Assembly (NCBI RefSeq): GCF_023055435.1
Contig: NW_025963779.1
Span: forward strand, 43,462,001 to 43,526,000
DNA from: Haliotis rufescens
Lineage: Eukaryota
Direction of reading: 5' to 3'
Length of the DNA: 64,000 bases
Shown: piece by piece, positions 1 to 11,916 of the stretch
Numbering within the stretch: the first letter of the stretch is position 1
How the letters are laid out: each line of letters opens with the position of its first letter
Program-made: the position numbers and the translations under genes
The notes under the pieces: model-generated
The model's input: only the letters and a program-made list of their open reading frames with translations
Databases searched by the model: none
What the model was told of the DNA's origin: nothing

Positions 1-551
1 ATAATATCTTATAGCCAACTGATTGACACGGTCGATCGTTTCTCGGGCTCCCCTCGCTAACACGAAACCAAGTTTGATGGTATGAAGCTATATTTTCCGA
101 GGAATGCACTTGTTTCTAAATTGGTGCTTGTTAGTGTTTACACTATTGTTAAAGAGTTTAATACAATTCGCATCTTAACGCGGAAAAACCTGGGCACTTT
201 GAGAGAAAAGTCTATGATTGAATCATCAGCTACAAAAGTTGTTTTCATATGCTACTGTCATACCAGCAACGTTTTTCTTTCAACTCAACATAGAGATAAT
301 GTGCAAAATTTAAAGTAATTTGTACATTCGCCTACGTAAAATATCGTTTGTATTCCTAACTATGTGTTTCGAAATGTATCTTGCTGTAATAAAATCTATA
401 TGATCATCCTAACGAAAGTACAACTCTATAAAGGTAACACATGGATATACAATAAGTCGGGTGGAGCACACAAGTAACGGTTTGTAGAGTCAAATATAGT
501 CTTTTTATTAGGCGAGATATACGTGATAATGAATGTATGTGTTGTTTTCAG

Positions 552-614
552 ATAATGGATTTGAAACAAGAGCTTAAATATGCAGGCAATAGACAGGAAT
601 CATCTGATCGAAAG
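552..614 (+). CDS. Probable upstream coding exon (IMDLKQELKYAGNRQESSDRK) of the SOGA/MTCL-like gene
   Basis: ttttcag acceptor and AAG|gtaggt donor; 63 nt open, phase 0/0, coiled-coil-like peptide; phase-compatible with the exon at 46275. Assignment to the same gene is inference. Confidence 0.55.
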
Positions 615-2548
615 GTAGGTTGTCTGAATTCGTCACCCAACTCGACCTTTATTATCAACCTTACTAGATTTCCCTGCATGCAGTCCTAATAATCAGGCAT
701 TGTGACGATGTCTCGACCCACTGCTGACATTCGTGGTTGCAATGAATCCGTATAGTATTGAGTTTTCACCATGAGTACGTGTATAATCTCTAACAGCAAA
801 TTTAGATTACAATATCATTACATGCCTTTTGAATTATTTAAATGTACACAAATATTCACTTTTTACTGTACATGTATACATGTGTTCAATGGTTCACCAT
901 AGAGATGTGCATGCAATACTAGTTTCAGTTTAGAAATGAAGATATCGTTTTCATCTTAGGCAAGCAGAGCATCTGCTTTTTCGATAACGGTTATCTACAT
1001 TAGAGCTGAGGAATGAATCATTACAGATTAGAATCGATCTAACATTGAATTAGAAATAAGAAGGTGAATATCTCCTGGCACATTCCTCGTTGTGAACCTG
1101 CCACCCTGTACATAGTATCCGTTGTACACTTCAGTGTTTTGTTGATTGCCTTTCAGTTTGTGTATTGACTATTGACTACAGCTGGCACTCGAAATAAGGT
1201 CATACTATTTGGAAATACGATCAAGTCGCCATGATGATGTCAAATTAGAATCATGGGCACCACATTATCTCACCAAAAGTAAACTTGGGTTCTTTTCAAA
1301 AGCGCTGTGGAACTAGAATGAAGGACAGTGTCAAATAAGCAAACTGACTCGGCAGCAGCAAAACTTGGAGTAGGGTGCTTCCAAATCCAAAATAAATCTG
1401 GTTAGTAATTATTTTGAAACATTACTAATCATTGCTTGGACAATCGCTCAAAACTGGAATACATTATCTATTTCAGAGTTCTAGGCAATGACCTTGACCC
1501 TGTGACTTCATACCACGTGTCAGCCAATGCGCAGCTGCCTCTTATACTTTCAGTATGCGACCTTGGATATAGATTAAGGTCAGGAGACAACCTTGTCCTT
1601 TGCTCAAGTCAGCTAATCATCCAAGTTTGTTTGCTGCAGAGTCTTGTTTGAACATTTTTTGACATTGTACTCTCTGACAATGTAACGTATTTTAAATAAA
1701 GCCATATATGTTTCCATTTACAAATCCGTTTTTAAGTTTATTGTATATCAGATGTCAATGGGGTAGCACGAAATCGAATACCTTTTTCATATGTCACAAC
1801 CATAAGGTCCAAAGAATATCTAACCGAAACAATAAAGCTCCAGCCGCGAGGATTTATTGACAACGCATTAAGGTTGTCAAGTGTGGCGGCAGTGGTGTGC
1901 TTTTATCAAACAAACATTTTATACTTTCATCGAGTAACTTGCTCTAAATATCGGGAAATGCACATAGACACAACGATTCAGAAAAAAACTGCGATATGAA
2001 TTACTGTAGGATGAATAGACATTGCATGTATCTGGTACGGCATGATGCGAAAAGTGTTTGACAAAGTCCAAAACATTTCTCCTACATGAGAAACATGGAG
2101 ACAGTAGGGTTGAGTTTAGTTAAATGTGATCTTCACAACTCTACTCCGAAGCATAACTTCTACTCAGAACCGTTACGTTCAAGGCTGGAACATAAGCAGA
2201 TCACTTTTCGGTCAAAGCTAGAGTATAATCGGATCACTTTAATATCAAACCTGGGGTGGAAATGGATCCCTTTACACTCAAATTTGGAGTATAATCAGAT
2301 TTATTCGCCCTTTAAAGTTGGAGTATAAGCGTTTCCCTCAAAGTACGGGCGTTACTCTCAAAGCTGGAGAATAGCCTTCACCCTCATCGCTGGAGAATAG
2401 CCTTTACCCTCAAACCTAAAATAAAACCTTGGTCCTCTTAGAATATTGCGTTTACACTTATGAATTGAGTAGAAAGCTGGAGTATTAGCAGATCCTATGA
2501 CCATCAAACCTGGAGCATAGCCTTTTCTCTCATAGCTGGAGTATAATC

Positions 2549-2753
2549 GTTACCCACATAGCTTTTGTATAACCGTTACCCACATAGCTGTTGTATAACC
2601 GTTACCCACATAGCTGTTGTATAACCGTTACCCACATAGCTATTGTATAACCGTTACCCACATAGCTGTTGTATAACCGTTACCCACATAGCTGTTGTAT
2701 AACCGTTACCCACATAACTGTTGTATAACCGTTACCCACATAGCTGTTGTATA
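2549..2753. repeat. 26-bp minisatellite (gttacccacatagctgttgtataacc, ~8 copies) within a degenerate 'aaagctggagtataa' array (~2150-2800)
   Basis: Direct periodicity. Confidence 0.9.
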
Positions 2754-5635
2754 TGCTCTACCCTGACAGCTGGAGTATAAGCAGATCCCATGACCATCAA
2801 AGCTATAAATGTAAGAATTAGATCCATAGTCTCTTAGGTCTATGGCAGATTTCGCAATTTGGGCAGATATTGGTGTGTTCACAGATCTAAGGTATATTAC
2901 ATATGCATGGAAAGTTATGCAGATACTTCAAGGCGACGATTATATTGTAATCATATATTGTGAATAATTGTCAATTTCTATAGGGCTAAATTCGAGTGGC
3001 CACCATCATCATTCTTTAGTTTCTAGAAACCTAGGAGGCTGGGAAAAATGTTATAGTCTGCCCTCTACTTATATCAACAACATCAGAAAGTCAAATATAC
3101 GTAATTTCTTATTCAAAGACATGTATGTACGTAAAACGTATCACACAATATATGTAAACATGTTACCACGTTGTCAATGCGCGTGTCTGCTTCCAGTGTA
3201 AATAGAAAGCATAGATAGTTTCGCTTTCTTCCATCTTTACAGCCTCCCGCCTTTCGCTTTGTTGACAGAACCACCAACATTCACGCGATCTTTTTATTCA
3301 TTGTTGCATTGGGCTTGAAATGAACTGCTTCGCGTTCTTTTGGGATATAGTCATCTAGGACCAGCTGGCGGCAAATGGTTCAAGGGGAAAATCTTCCAAG
3401 GCCTCGCGGTGTCTGACGCTATACAGTCCTGTGACATTACATTCTGTACTACTCTTCGTAAACTTTGGGGAAGACACCATTTTCTCCCCTTACAATCACC
3501 CTTAACTTTGAAGTCAAATAAAATTCAAAATACATCACGTAAATATATACACTTCACAGTGTGTTCTGTGATACCATCCGCTGTCATTATAAACATAGAA
3601 AACATACTGAAAACGACCTCTGAAAATTAGGTACATCGTAAATCTCGCCGTTATGGACATAATACTGAATCACCATTCACGGTGTTATTTCGTGTATGTT
3701 TTGAAATCAAACTACCAGATATTTACTCGGAGAACAAAAAATAGGATATTAGTGATCACTGGTATCTGTAATGTAACAAATCACCAATGGTCATTCTGAA
3801 ACGTCGCAGATAGCCCTAGAATCGTTCAGAATGTTTCAGAAAAAAACGCAAACACTAATGCCGAAGTGAACTTTCCGCCATATTGGATAGTGTTTACAAA
3901 GTCACGTTTCGCGTATGCCGGTTATGAGACGCTTATTAGATCACGTACATTTCAAACTGCGATACACACATCATTGAATTCCTCATACATTTAAGAATCA
4001 AATGACAATGGTCTTTGTCACCAATACAAATTCTTTAGATGAAATCAAACAAAATAAATTGGGTGTGGAAACAAACGCTGTGCTCGGAAAACTGCACTTG
4101 TTTGAAATTTAAATTCAAATTTTACACTGTCTATTTTTCATTCGTCTATTTGTTGCATACAATGGCTCACGTGTTTTAGAATATGTATGAAAAGAGATTC
4201 GTTGCAAGAACTAGGGAACTAAAAAAAGAAACATTACAATGATTTGGTATATTCAACAGAAATTGAAAAAGTTTCCATCCTGCATGACGCCATGACTGAC
4301 GCACAACGCAGACAGTATTTATCTGTATTTCTGACTTGATTCTCTTGATTACATTGGAAAACATAATAAAAAATATATAATTTCATAGATTGTCAGATTG
4401 TTTCTGATTACTTACATGACACATTTATGTACATACGATACTTCAATCAATGAAAATCCGTCTCTGAAAATCCCGATGAAAATCTCTAGCTAAAGACGGA
4501 AAACCTATTAATCAAACGTGGACATAAAATCATCAATTTATGTCAGGGAGACTATACAAAGAAAAACTATACAGACCTCTTGCTTTGTTTATACAGAAGT
4601 ACATAATTCTGTATCATATAAGACATGAGCAAGAAAAAGACAATACCTTGTTTTGAATATGAATTACATAAACTATTAAATTGTAGTCCAGATTAACTGA
4701 TGAATATAACCTTGACTTTTGACCTTGAAGATGTTTATCCACATGACTACTCGTAAACATCCTCGAAAAGCGACATTTAGTAAGCAAATGGCATGCTATA
4801 GTGGATATCTGTGCCGCAACTGAAAATGCATAGTAACCATGGAAATAACCAAAAATGGCATGTTTCCTGTCATGTACTGCATATTTCAGAAAGTACATTC
4901 TATGAGGTTTCTTGTGATGCCACATGCATGGTACTGTACTGATAATGCACTCAGCAGTTAAGAAAGATGCGAGATAAAACATTGAATTTCGAGCAAGAAT
5001 AGCTATAAAGCCCATATAATGTGACCTTGACCTCTTGACCTTGACCTTGTTTTATACATGTGCTAGGAGCATGACAATAAAATATATATTCAGGGTGAAG
5101 ATCCATCAATATTTATATGAAGCAATAGTGCAATTTCCAAAATGGCACGGTTACAATTGAAACGCCCTAAAAACATGTTGCCTGACACCTTCAAGTCTGG
5201 TAACACTAGGTTTGAAAAACTAGAGAATCTAAGTTTTGCAATGATACTTTATAGTTTGCTGGCTAGCTGGAGTTTGCCACTGGTTTAGTAGACAAGACAC
5301 TTAGTTACACTTACAATGATAATTCGGATATATTTTAAGTCAATCAGTGCAATTTAGTTATTAACGGAAGTTGCTCGTTTGACAGCTTTAGTGTGACATA
5401 TTGAAATTCATGAGACCTACTATGTCTAATTTTATACAATGACCATCTTTCAGCATTAAACACATATACTCAATGACTTCCCATACACGATAGCCACCTA
5501 CAAGCAATCACAAATTACCGTCTATACTCAATTACTTTTTCCAATAAAAATTAAAGTTTGAAATTAACAAATGCATCTTTTAGTACACATAGATGAACAC
5601 TAGTGCATCTTGACTTTAATTCTTTAATTCCCAGT

Positions 5636-6900
5636 TTGCACGTGCATGTCAATGCCTGGAAAACAATTTTGATGTTTGCCTCTTTGTTGGGAACGTGAAA
5701 TTCACGCACGTGTTTTGTTTTATTTAAAAAGCATACAAAGATTGTTTAGCCATCAGCTGCTCATTTGTTTAACCGTAAATAACGCCTATGTTATGCCACG
5801 GCTTGCTGAAATTCATCGTCTACGCGCCATGGGTATGGTTCAAATAGGAATGGCGAAAAGCGAAGTTGCCAGGCATTTTAATGTTGATACACAATAACAT
5901 CTCTTTGGAAGCGTTTTCTACAGTAGTGCACGTGTGATGTCACGTCAAGAAGATAACCATATTCGTTTGGTGTATCTACGGAATTGATACCAAACTACAT
6001 TAACAGTTCGGACGATTCGTGGTTTGAAACCAATTTGTGGCAGAAATGTACGCAACCGGCAACATCCTCCCAAACGTCCAGCGAAACGCCCAATTTTGAT
6101 TCCACGTCACCACTAGGCACTTCTAGCTCGGTGTACAAAGCATCTTAGTTTCAGGAGACTGGGGCGATATACAGATGATATGTTCACAGATGAGTTCAGG
6201 TTTCAGCTGGATAGCTCTGATGGTGGTGCAAGGGGCTACAGGCGTCCAGGAGAACGTTTTAGCGACGCTTGCGTTACTCAATTCGTCAGTTTGGGGGTGG
6301 AACTGTAATGGTAAGGGGTGGCATAACAACTCATAGGAGAACACAACTCATCATTGTTAATGGCAATTTGAATGACTTACGCTACTGGGACGATATCGTT
6401 CGAGATCATGTTCTACCCTTTGGGCAAAATTAGTGATGTAAGTTCATGTTGCAGCAGAATAATGCCAGTCCACATGTTGCACGTTTTGTAACAGATTTTT
6501 TAAGGCAGCATAACATTGTTGTACCGCCTTGGCTGGCTGTTTCTTCAGACCACTCCCTATAGGACATGTCTAGGATGAGATGAAACGACGCCTACGACAG
6601 GATCAGAATCAGCCGGTAACGCCAGCTCAGTTGGTCCAATCTTTGGTTGACATTTGGAACAACATCCCCCAGGCTGTTTGCAACCATCTGGTATCAACGC
6701 TAATGTAGGTCACATCTAATATTGACATTGCTAACTGAGTTATTACACCGCCCCTACTTTTGGGCGTACCGTTCTGTCTCATGTTACCGGGCATTGATTT
6801 TGTTATGATAAAACATTAATCAGACGAATGACCAAATATTATTTTCAATAAGATAAGGTTTGCACCACTATATGAAGTCCCATATCTGGTGTCTAAAACA
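5636..6900 (+). mobile_element. Degenerate Tc1-type DNA transposon (transposase ~5793-6710)
   Basis: MPRL..RAMGMVQIGMAKSEVARHFNV paired-HTH, FTDEFRF, QQNNASPH and PIGHV*DEMKRRL motifs with stops and frameshifts; ends approximate. Confidence 0.85.
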
Positions 6901-6920
6901 CGGCGCAATTACAATTTCTT

Positions 6921-7069
6921 TGAGTGAGTGAGTATGGTTTTACGCCGCTTTTAGCAATATTCCAGCAATATCACGGCGGGGGACACCAGAAATGGGCTTC
7001 ACACATTGTACCCATGTCGGGAATCGAACCCGGGTCTTCGGCGTGGCGAGCGAACGCTTTAACCACTAC
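6921..7069 (-). mobile_element. tRNA-derived SINE, family A (5' truncated)
   Basis: Minus strand ...TAGTGGTTAAAGCG...GGTTCGATTCCC B box; tail GGAATATTGCTAAAAGCGGCGTAAAAC(ACTC)n; other copies in the window. Confidence 0.85.
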
Positions 7070-7287
7070 GGAGGAAATGCGGGAGGAAAGCCCGAAGTGA
7101 CGCAGGTCTTAGACGTTTACCACTTCGGTGAAACCCACGAGCACGGGTATGGTGATGACAAACCTAGAAACATAATCGGGGCGAACCGGGATTCGAACCC
7201 ACAATCATAGGTTTCTGGCGTGCCCAAGGAACGCAACCCTGCACAGCGAATCGCGGCGCCTTAGACGACTAGGCCACCCGTGCCCCC
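7070..7287 (-). mobile_element. tRNA-derived SINE, family B (5' part)
   Basis: GGGGCACGGGTGGCCTAGTCGTCTAAGGCG A-box region and GGTTCGAATCCC B box; copies at 12550-15857, 28170-28392 and 61432-61700. Confidence 0.8.
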
Positions 7288-7484
7288 GGAGGCATAACTA
7301 AAACAAGACATTAAAGTGAATGTGTATGCACAATATGTACTTTAATACACAGCAAATACGAGTAGGTATTATTTTTGCAACAATGAAGTTCATTTCATGT
7401 AATCAAAACAGCAACAACTCTTTTACTACAACAATTACTACTCCCTTGAAGATCGGTGTTAGAATTTGTCTTAAAAGAATAAGT

Positions 7485-7895
7485 GAATTTTTTTTATAAT
7501 GCGCCAGATTCCATTTACCAAGTGGATGCTCATAGCGCTACACAATTATTACCACGGTCAATGGATCAGTCAGCACTCGATTTTCATTCAGCTCCCTGGG
7601 GAGTATTCAACCCAAGTTTCCTGTGTGGCGCTAGAAGATTATCAGTCACATTACCCTTATCCTACCTGGTACCCACTCACTTCTGGGTGAACAGAGGCAC
7701 ATTTCGAACAAATTCACTTGCCTAAAGAGACACCACATGTTGTTCATGTGCTCAGTGTGGGGAAGGCCCGAAGCCCTAAGAACAGGAGTGAAGCTGCTTA
7801 ACTTGGTCACCCATCCAACTACTCTCCGAGACCAACGTTGCTTAACTTACCCTGATTTGTGATCTGCGCGCTGTGCACAGGACCACGTGCCACCA
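7485..7895 (-). mobile_element. SINE with 5S rRNA-derived head, Meta/CORE-like body and L2-like tail
   Basis: Minus strand AAGTTAAGCAACGT...AGTAGTTGGATGGGTGACC (5S internal control region); GGCAAG...CCTCTGTTCACCCAG...GGGTACC body; CTCCCCAGGGAG...AGCGCTATGAG...GCGCATTATAAAAAAA tail. Confidence 0.7.
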
Positions 7896-7904
7896 CAATG
7901 TCTA

Positions 7905-8102
7905 CGGGAACCCGTACTTGCTGTAAGAGGCGACTTACAAAATGTATGTGGTCGGGTGGTCAGGCTCGCTGACATATTTGATGCATGCCATCGTATCCCA
8001 AATGCATAGATCGATGCTCATGATTTCTGGTCAAGACTCTCATATTTATAGACCGTCGCGATATAGCTGGAATATTTCTGAGTGCTAAAACAACAAACAA
8101 AC
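7905..8102 (+). mobile_element. SINE family C (GTAAGAGGCGAC...GGTCAGGCTCGCTGAC...GCTGGAATAT)
   Basis: Matches the minus-strand copies at 45704-46090. Confidence 0.8.
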
Positions 8103-8229
8103 CACTGTGAACAATTCGACACATTATAGCCTTACGCCAATGTCGGTAGATCGCTAATGGACTCGTGCAATGTTTAAACTTAGATTTAAATACACCATTT
8201 ACACATGTTGGCAATTTCTGAAAGCTAAC

Positions 8230-11200
8230 AAGTTAGTCCTTTCCCAAAGCTGATAACGTGTGTTAAGCTTATGCCTCTTTCTGCTCTTGGAGTTGTTTGC
8301 GAGCTTTTGAATATGTGCTGGCGTTTTGTTCCAAAGGCTTGGAGACATGCCATAATTATACCTGTACCAGGACCAGGTAACGACCCCTCACTACCAACGT
8401 CGTATAGGCTAATTTTCCTTGTAACCTCTAATGTATGCAAAGTTATGAAAAGAATAGTCAATAACCGTTGGACTGATGTCACGTGTCGATTCTCTCGAAG
8501 TTAACCCAGAAATCTGAGAAACCAACACACAACCAAAAAATGGAATACTATATCAACAATTGTATTACAAAATTAACTAGGTTTACAAATCAATACAAAT
8601 TACTGCACAGCATTACAATGGCAGTACATAATAGAATAAAAACACATTATGTGAGACGTCAGTGATAATGTATTTACCTAGCAGCAAATTAGCAGCGGTC
8701 ATGCTTCCACGATAGGCCAAGGCTGAAGTCAGGGTGAAAAATGATCTTCACACAAAAGCTGGTCTTGATGTAATGTCAGATGAAAGATGAGATCAAATGT
8801 CAGATGACAGAGACGCGCCCGCTCCACTTATATAGTTTCTGTAACGTTTGACATTCATCAACCCTGCTATTCCAGAAGTTTACAATGTAATTCGAGCATC
8901 TAAATATGATAACTTCCTCAGCACTGCTTTCATTAAATAGTACTACATTCCTGACAACTAATCATAATAAAAAAAACAATGCAATTAACTTCTACTGATC
9001 TCAACAGAAACAGTGTAATCATTCATTGTTTAACAATAAATTACACTGCCATATAACACTGATTATCTTGAGTAAAATGAGCTCTCGTCCAGAATGCAAT
9101 CATGTTTTCGAAAAGGTCGCCCATTTACTGATCAGGATGTAAGGCTACAGACAGAAGCCAAGGAAGCAAATTGCATTCAGGAGTACATCCTGTGCGTATA
9201 TTTCTTGATATTGAAAAGGCCTCTTGTATGATTTGGCGACAGGATTTGCTTTTCATTTTGCAACAGCTTGTTATAAGAGGTAACATGGTGGATACAGTCA
9301 CCAGTCCCACATGTACAGTCATTTCTGTCTATAAGGGCCATTCAGGTGCGTATTGGAACAGACCTTTCAGGTTTGCACATCATAGATAGTGGTACTCCAC
9401 AAGGAAGTGTAATCAGGTGTAATTAGCCCAGCTTTGTATCATGATCAACACCCTTTTCACTAACCTTCCTTTTAATGTTGAAGCTGCACAGGTTGAAGAT
9501 GATGGTTCGGTCTGGAGACGATTTGGTAACTTTCAGTTTGTTAATGAATCAATTCAAAATGGCATTGCTAATGCCTTGTGTTCAAAATATCACACAAAAT
9601 CAGTAGAAATACGGATCACTCGTCGTGAATTCCTTCAAAGTTTGAATTATCGTTTGGGGACCATAACCTTAATGTTGCATACGAGTATGAATTTCAAGGC
9701 GTTTTTCATCAGAGACTTACAAGGTCAAGCCATATAACCCATATGTGCCGCCATTGTAACACTGTTAATAATCTTTTAAAGTGTGTGCCCAAAACTCAAT
9801 GGCGAGCTGATAAATCTCAAGACTTGACTATGTCGGGCAAGTATTCAAATCTGATTCTAAAAGCCACCCCATCAAGCTTGATCTCATTTTGTCCAGAGCT
9901 CTAAGAATTTGCACTGGACCATTTGTAACAACTCCATTCAGGGAATTTCAAATTGTTCCAACATGCCCATGTCCCTCCGAAGTCAACAGATATCACTTAA
10001 ATACTTTCTGAAAATAAAGGCTAAGAGCAGCTTTCATACAGTTACTGTTATATTAGTGACGGTATCGAGTATGTCATGTGTAACTGTTCTTTGGCAAGAT
10101 TCCGTTTGGCTTGAACGTTTATAAGTTGGCAGCACAACACGTAGTTGGTCACCTGAATTCAGTGGATCCATCCACACCTATAACAACTCCATGGCTTCTC
10201 CATAAGCCAGGATTGTGTTATGAACTCAATTACATTGTTAAGGAGAATAGGAGTCCAAATAAAGACCGAGCAATTTCTGAGGATTTTATACAAGAACTCC
10301 ATGCAAACTTTACACCCATTTGTACGGACCCTTCCAAAGATTCTTTCAGTTTGTACAACTGGGGCTTTCTGGATCTCTAAAGTGTTTAGGATTTTTTATG
10401 GAGCCAGGGTATTTTTAGCTACAGCTGCAAAAACAAATATTTTCTCTCTTTATTTTCAACAGTCTAAAGCATAATTATTTATGAAAGCTTTTTATGGGAT
10501 AATTTAGTTGTTCGATGAAATCCCCAAATCCCAATTCGGTTTTGGAGGCTGGTTTTGGCTTGTAATAATGCATAAATAAAGGTTAATAGGGTAATCGTGT
10601 AAGCAAATTGAATTACTTAAACAGGGAATGGTTGTACTTAACAGTGTGTCTGAGCAATATGAGCAATACAAGCGTATGAAGCTGAGAACCGAGGAGTCAA
10701 GTATTACGACGCGTTCACACACAGAAGCAATATTATTCACTTGTGCATATGCTCTTTCCACTGAAAACAAGTATAACTAAAGTATTTCAAATTGTAGTAA
10801 GTCTGGTAATGAGTAAAACTTTGTAACTCAGAGTTACTTGGGCTGTCTCTCATAGACATGATATCCTCCCTAAACCTTTACAGACTAAAACAACATAGTT
10901 CATGGCCCAGTGCACTAATGACTGAATGCCGGATACCTTCAGCTCAGGATAGAATAACCCCCAAATTAAATGACACGTATGCTGAATACATACAGTTTTA
11001 ATATCTGAAGGTAGTATAGGTAGGTATACATATAAATATATAAACATATTTTGCAGCAAAATATAACTAGAACAGAAACTCATGGACATTTGATGGAAAT
11101 TACTTTTAGACAAACGAATTCCTCAAATAGGAAATGTCACAATTCAAAGGGAACATAGCGTCTGACAGCAGCCAATGCAGCAGTTTGGGCAACTTTCGAG

Positions 11201-11545
11201 ATATAAATTTCGAAACAATTTTGCAAGGGCACGAGGCCTAGCCAAGCGGGATCAGTAGCCATATCTGTGCTTGTAGACCTCTGCGGCTTGTAACCTTCTC
11301 CACAAATCAAAATAGTTGGATATGGCCTAAATATGTTTGAATTGTTACCTTGTTTCGTTTTGTCGCTGTGTGTACATCTGACTACACTTCTTAACGTTAT
11401 GACAGGACAGACCAACTGAGAACAACGTCTGACCGTGGCCGTGACGTCTCATAGACTAGGGTTAGAATAGCTTCCCTTTGACAAAGGGCAGTTACTCTAG
11501 CGGACAGACCGATGGATTGCCGCGAAAGGCAATTAAAAACAACTG
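8230..11545 (+). mobile_element. Degenerate I/Nimb-clade non-LTR retrotransposon (RT + RNase H)
   Basis: WRHAIIIPVP..SYR..TSNVCKVMKRIVNNR, FLDIEKA, GTPQGSVI, DDG and RNase H-like ICTDPSKD motifs; many frameshifts; ends approximate. Confidence 0.8.
8477..9058. mobile_element. Solo LTR (582 bp, TGT..ACA, 4-bp TSD CTGA; Gypsy-type)
   Basis: CTGA|TGTCACG...ATAACA|CTGA; excision restores the LINE frame NNRWTDYLE. Confidence 0.8.
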
Positions 11546-11764
11546 TTGTTTTGCGTATATGTTGCTTCGCTCACTGTATAAGGAACAGATTTCAGTTGGA
11601 ACTATATTGGCTATTGTCACTGTCCGACCGACACATCACTTACCCTGTGACGTAATAAATATAAATGCGCGCATTCCAGGAAAACTCGCAATGTGTCGGT
11701 AATGTTTGTGAGAGAGGGAAAGCGATTTTAAAGCACAGAATTAAAGAATGACATTATATGATAA

Positions 11765-11916
11765 AGAAGTTATCACGCTTGTGTGTTTGGGGATGGTAAA
11801 TATCCTGTATTAGGAATAAACGCTATGTATTTAGCTCGCCAAGGCTCGCTAAATACAATGTTTATTCCTAATGCAGGATATCTACCATCCCCCAAAACAC
11901 TCGCGTGATAACTTCT
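11765..11916. mobile_element. Palindromic foldback element with centre gctcgccaaggctcgc
   Basis: Near-perfect inverted arms of ~70 bp. Confidence 0.85.

Noticed and set aside
929-1063. Exon-like segment (RLSTLELRNESLQIR, ending AAG|gtgaat)
   Set aside because: In-frame stops or wrong phase from each acceptor tried; cannot be joined to the gene.
6921-7287. tRNA genes
   Set aside because: A/B boxes belong to multi-copy SINE heads with SINE bodies and tails.
7805-7848. 5S rRNA gene
   Set aside because: Only the internal control region matches; the flanks are SINE sequence.
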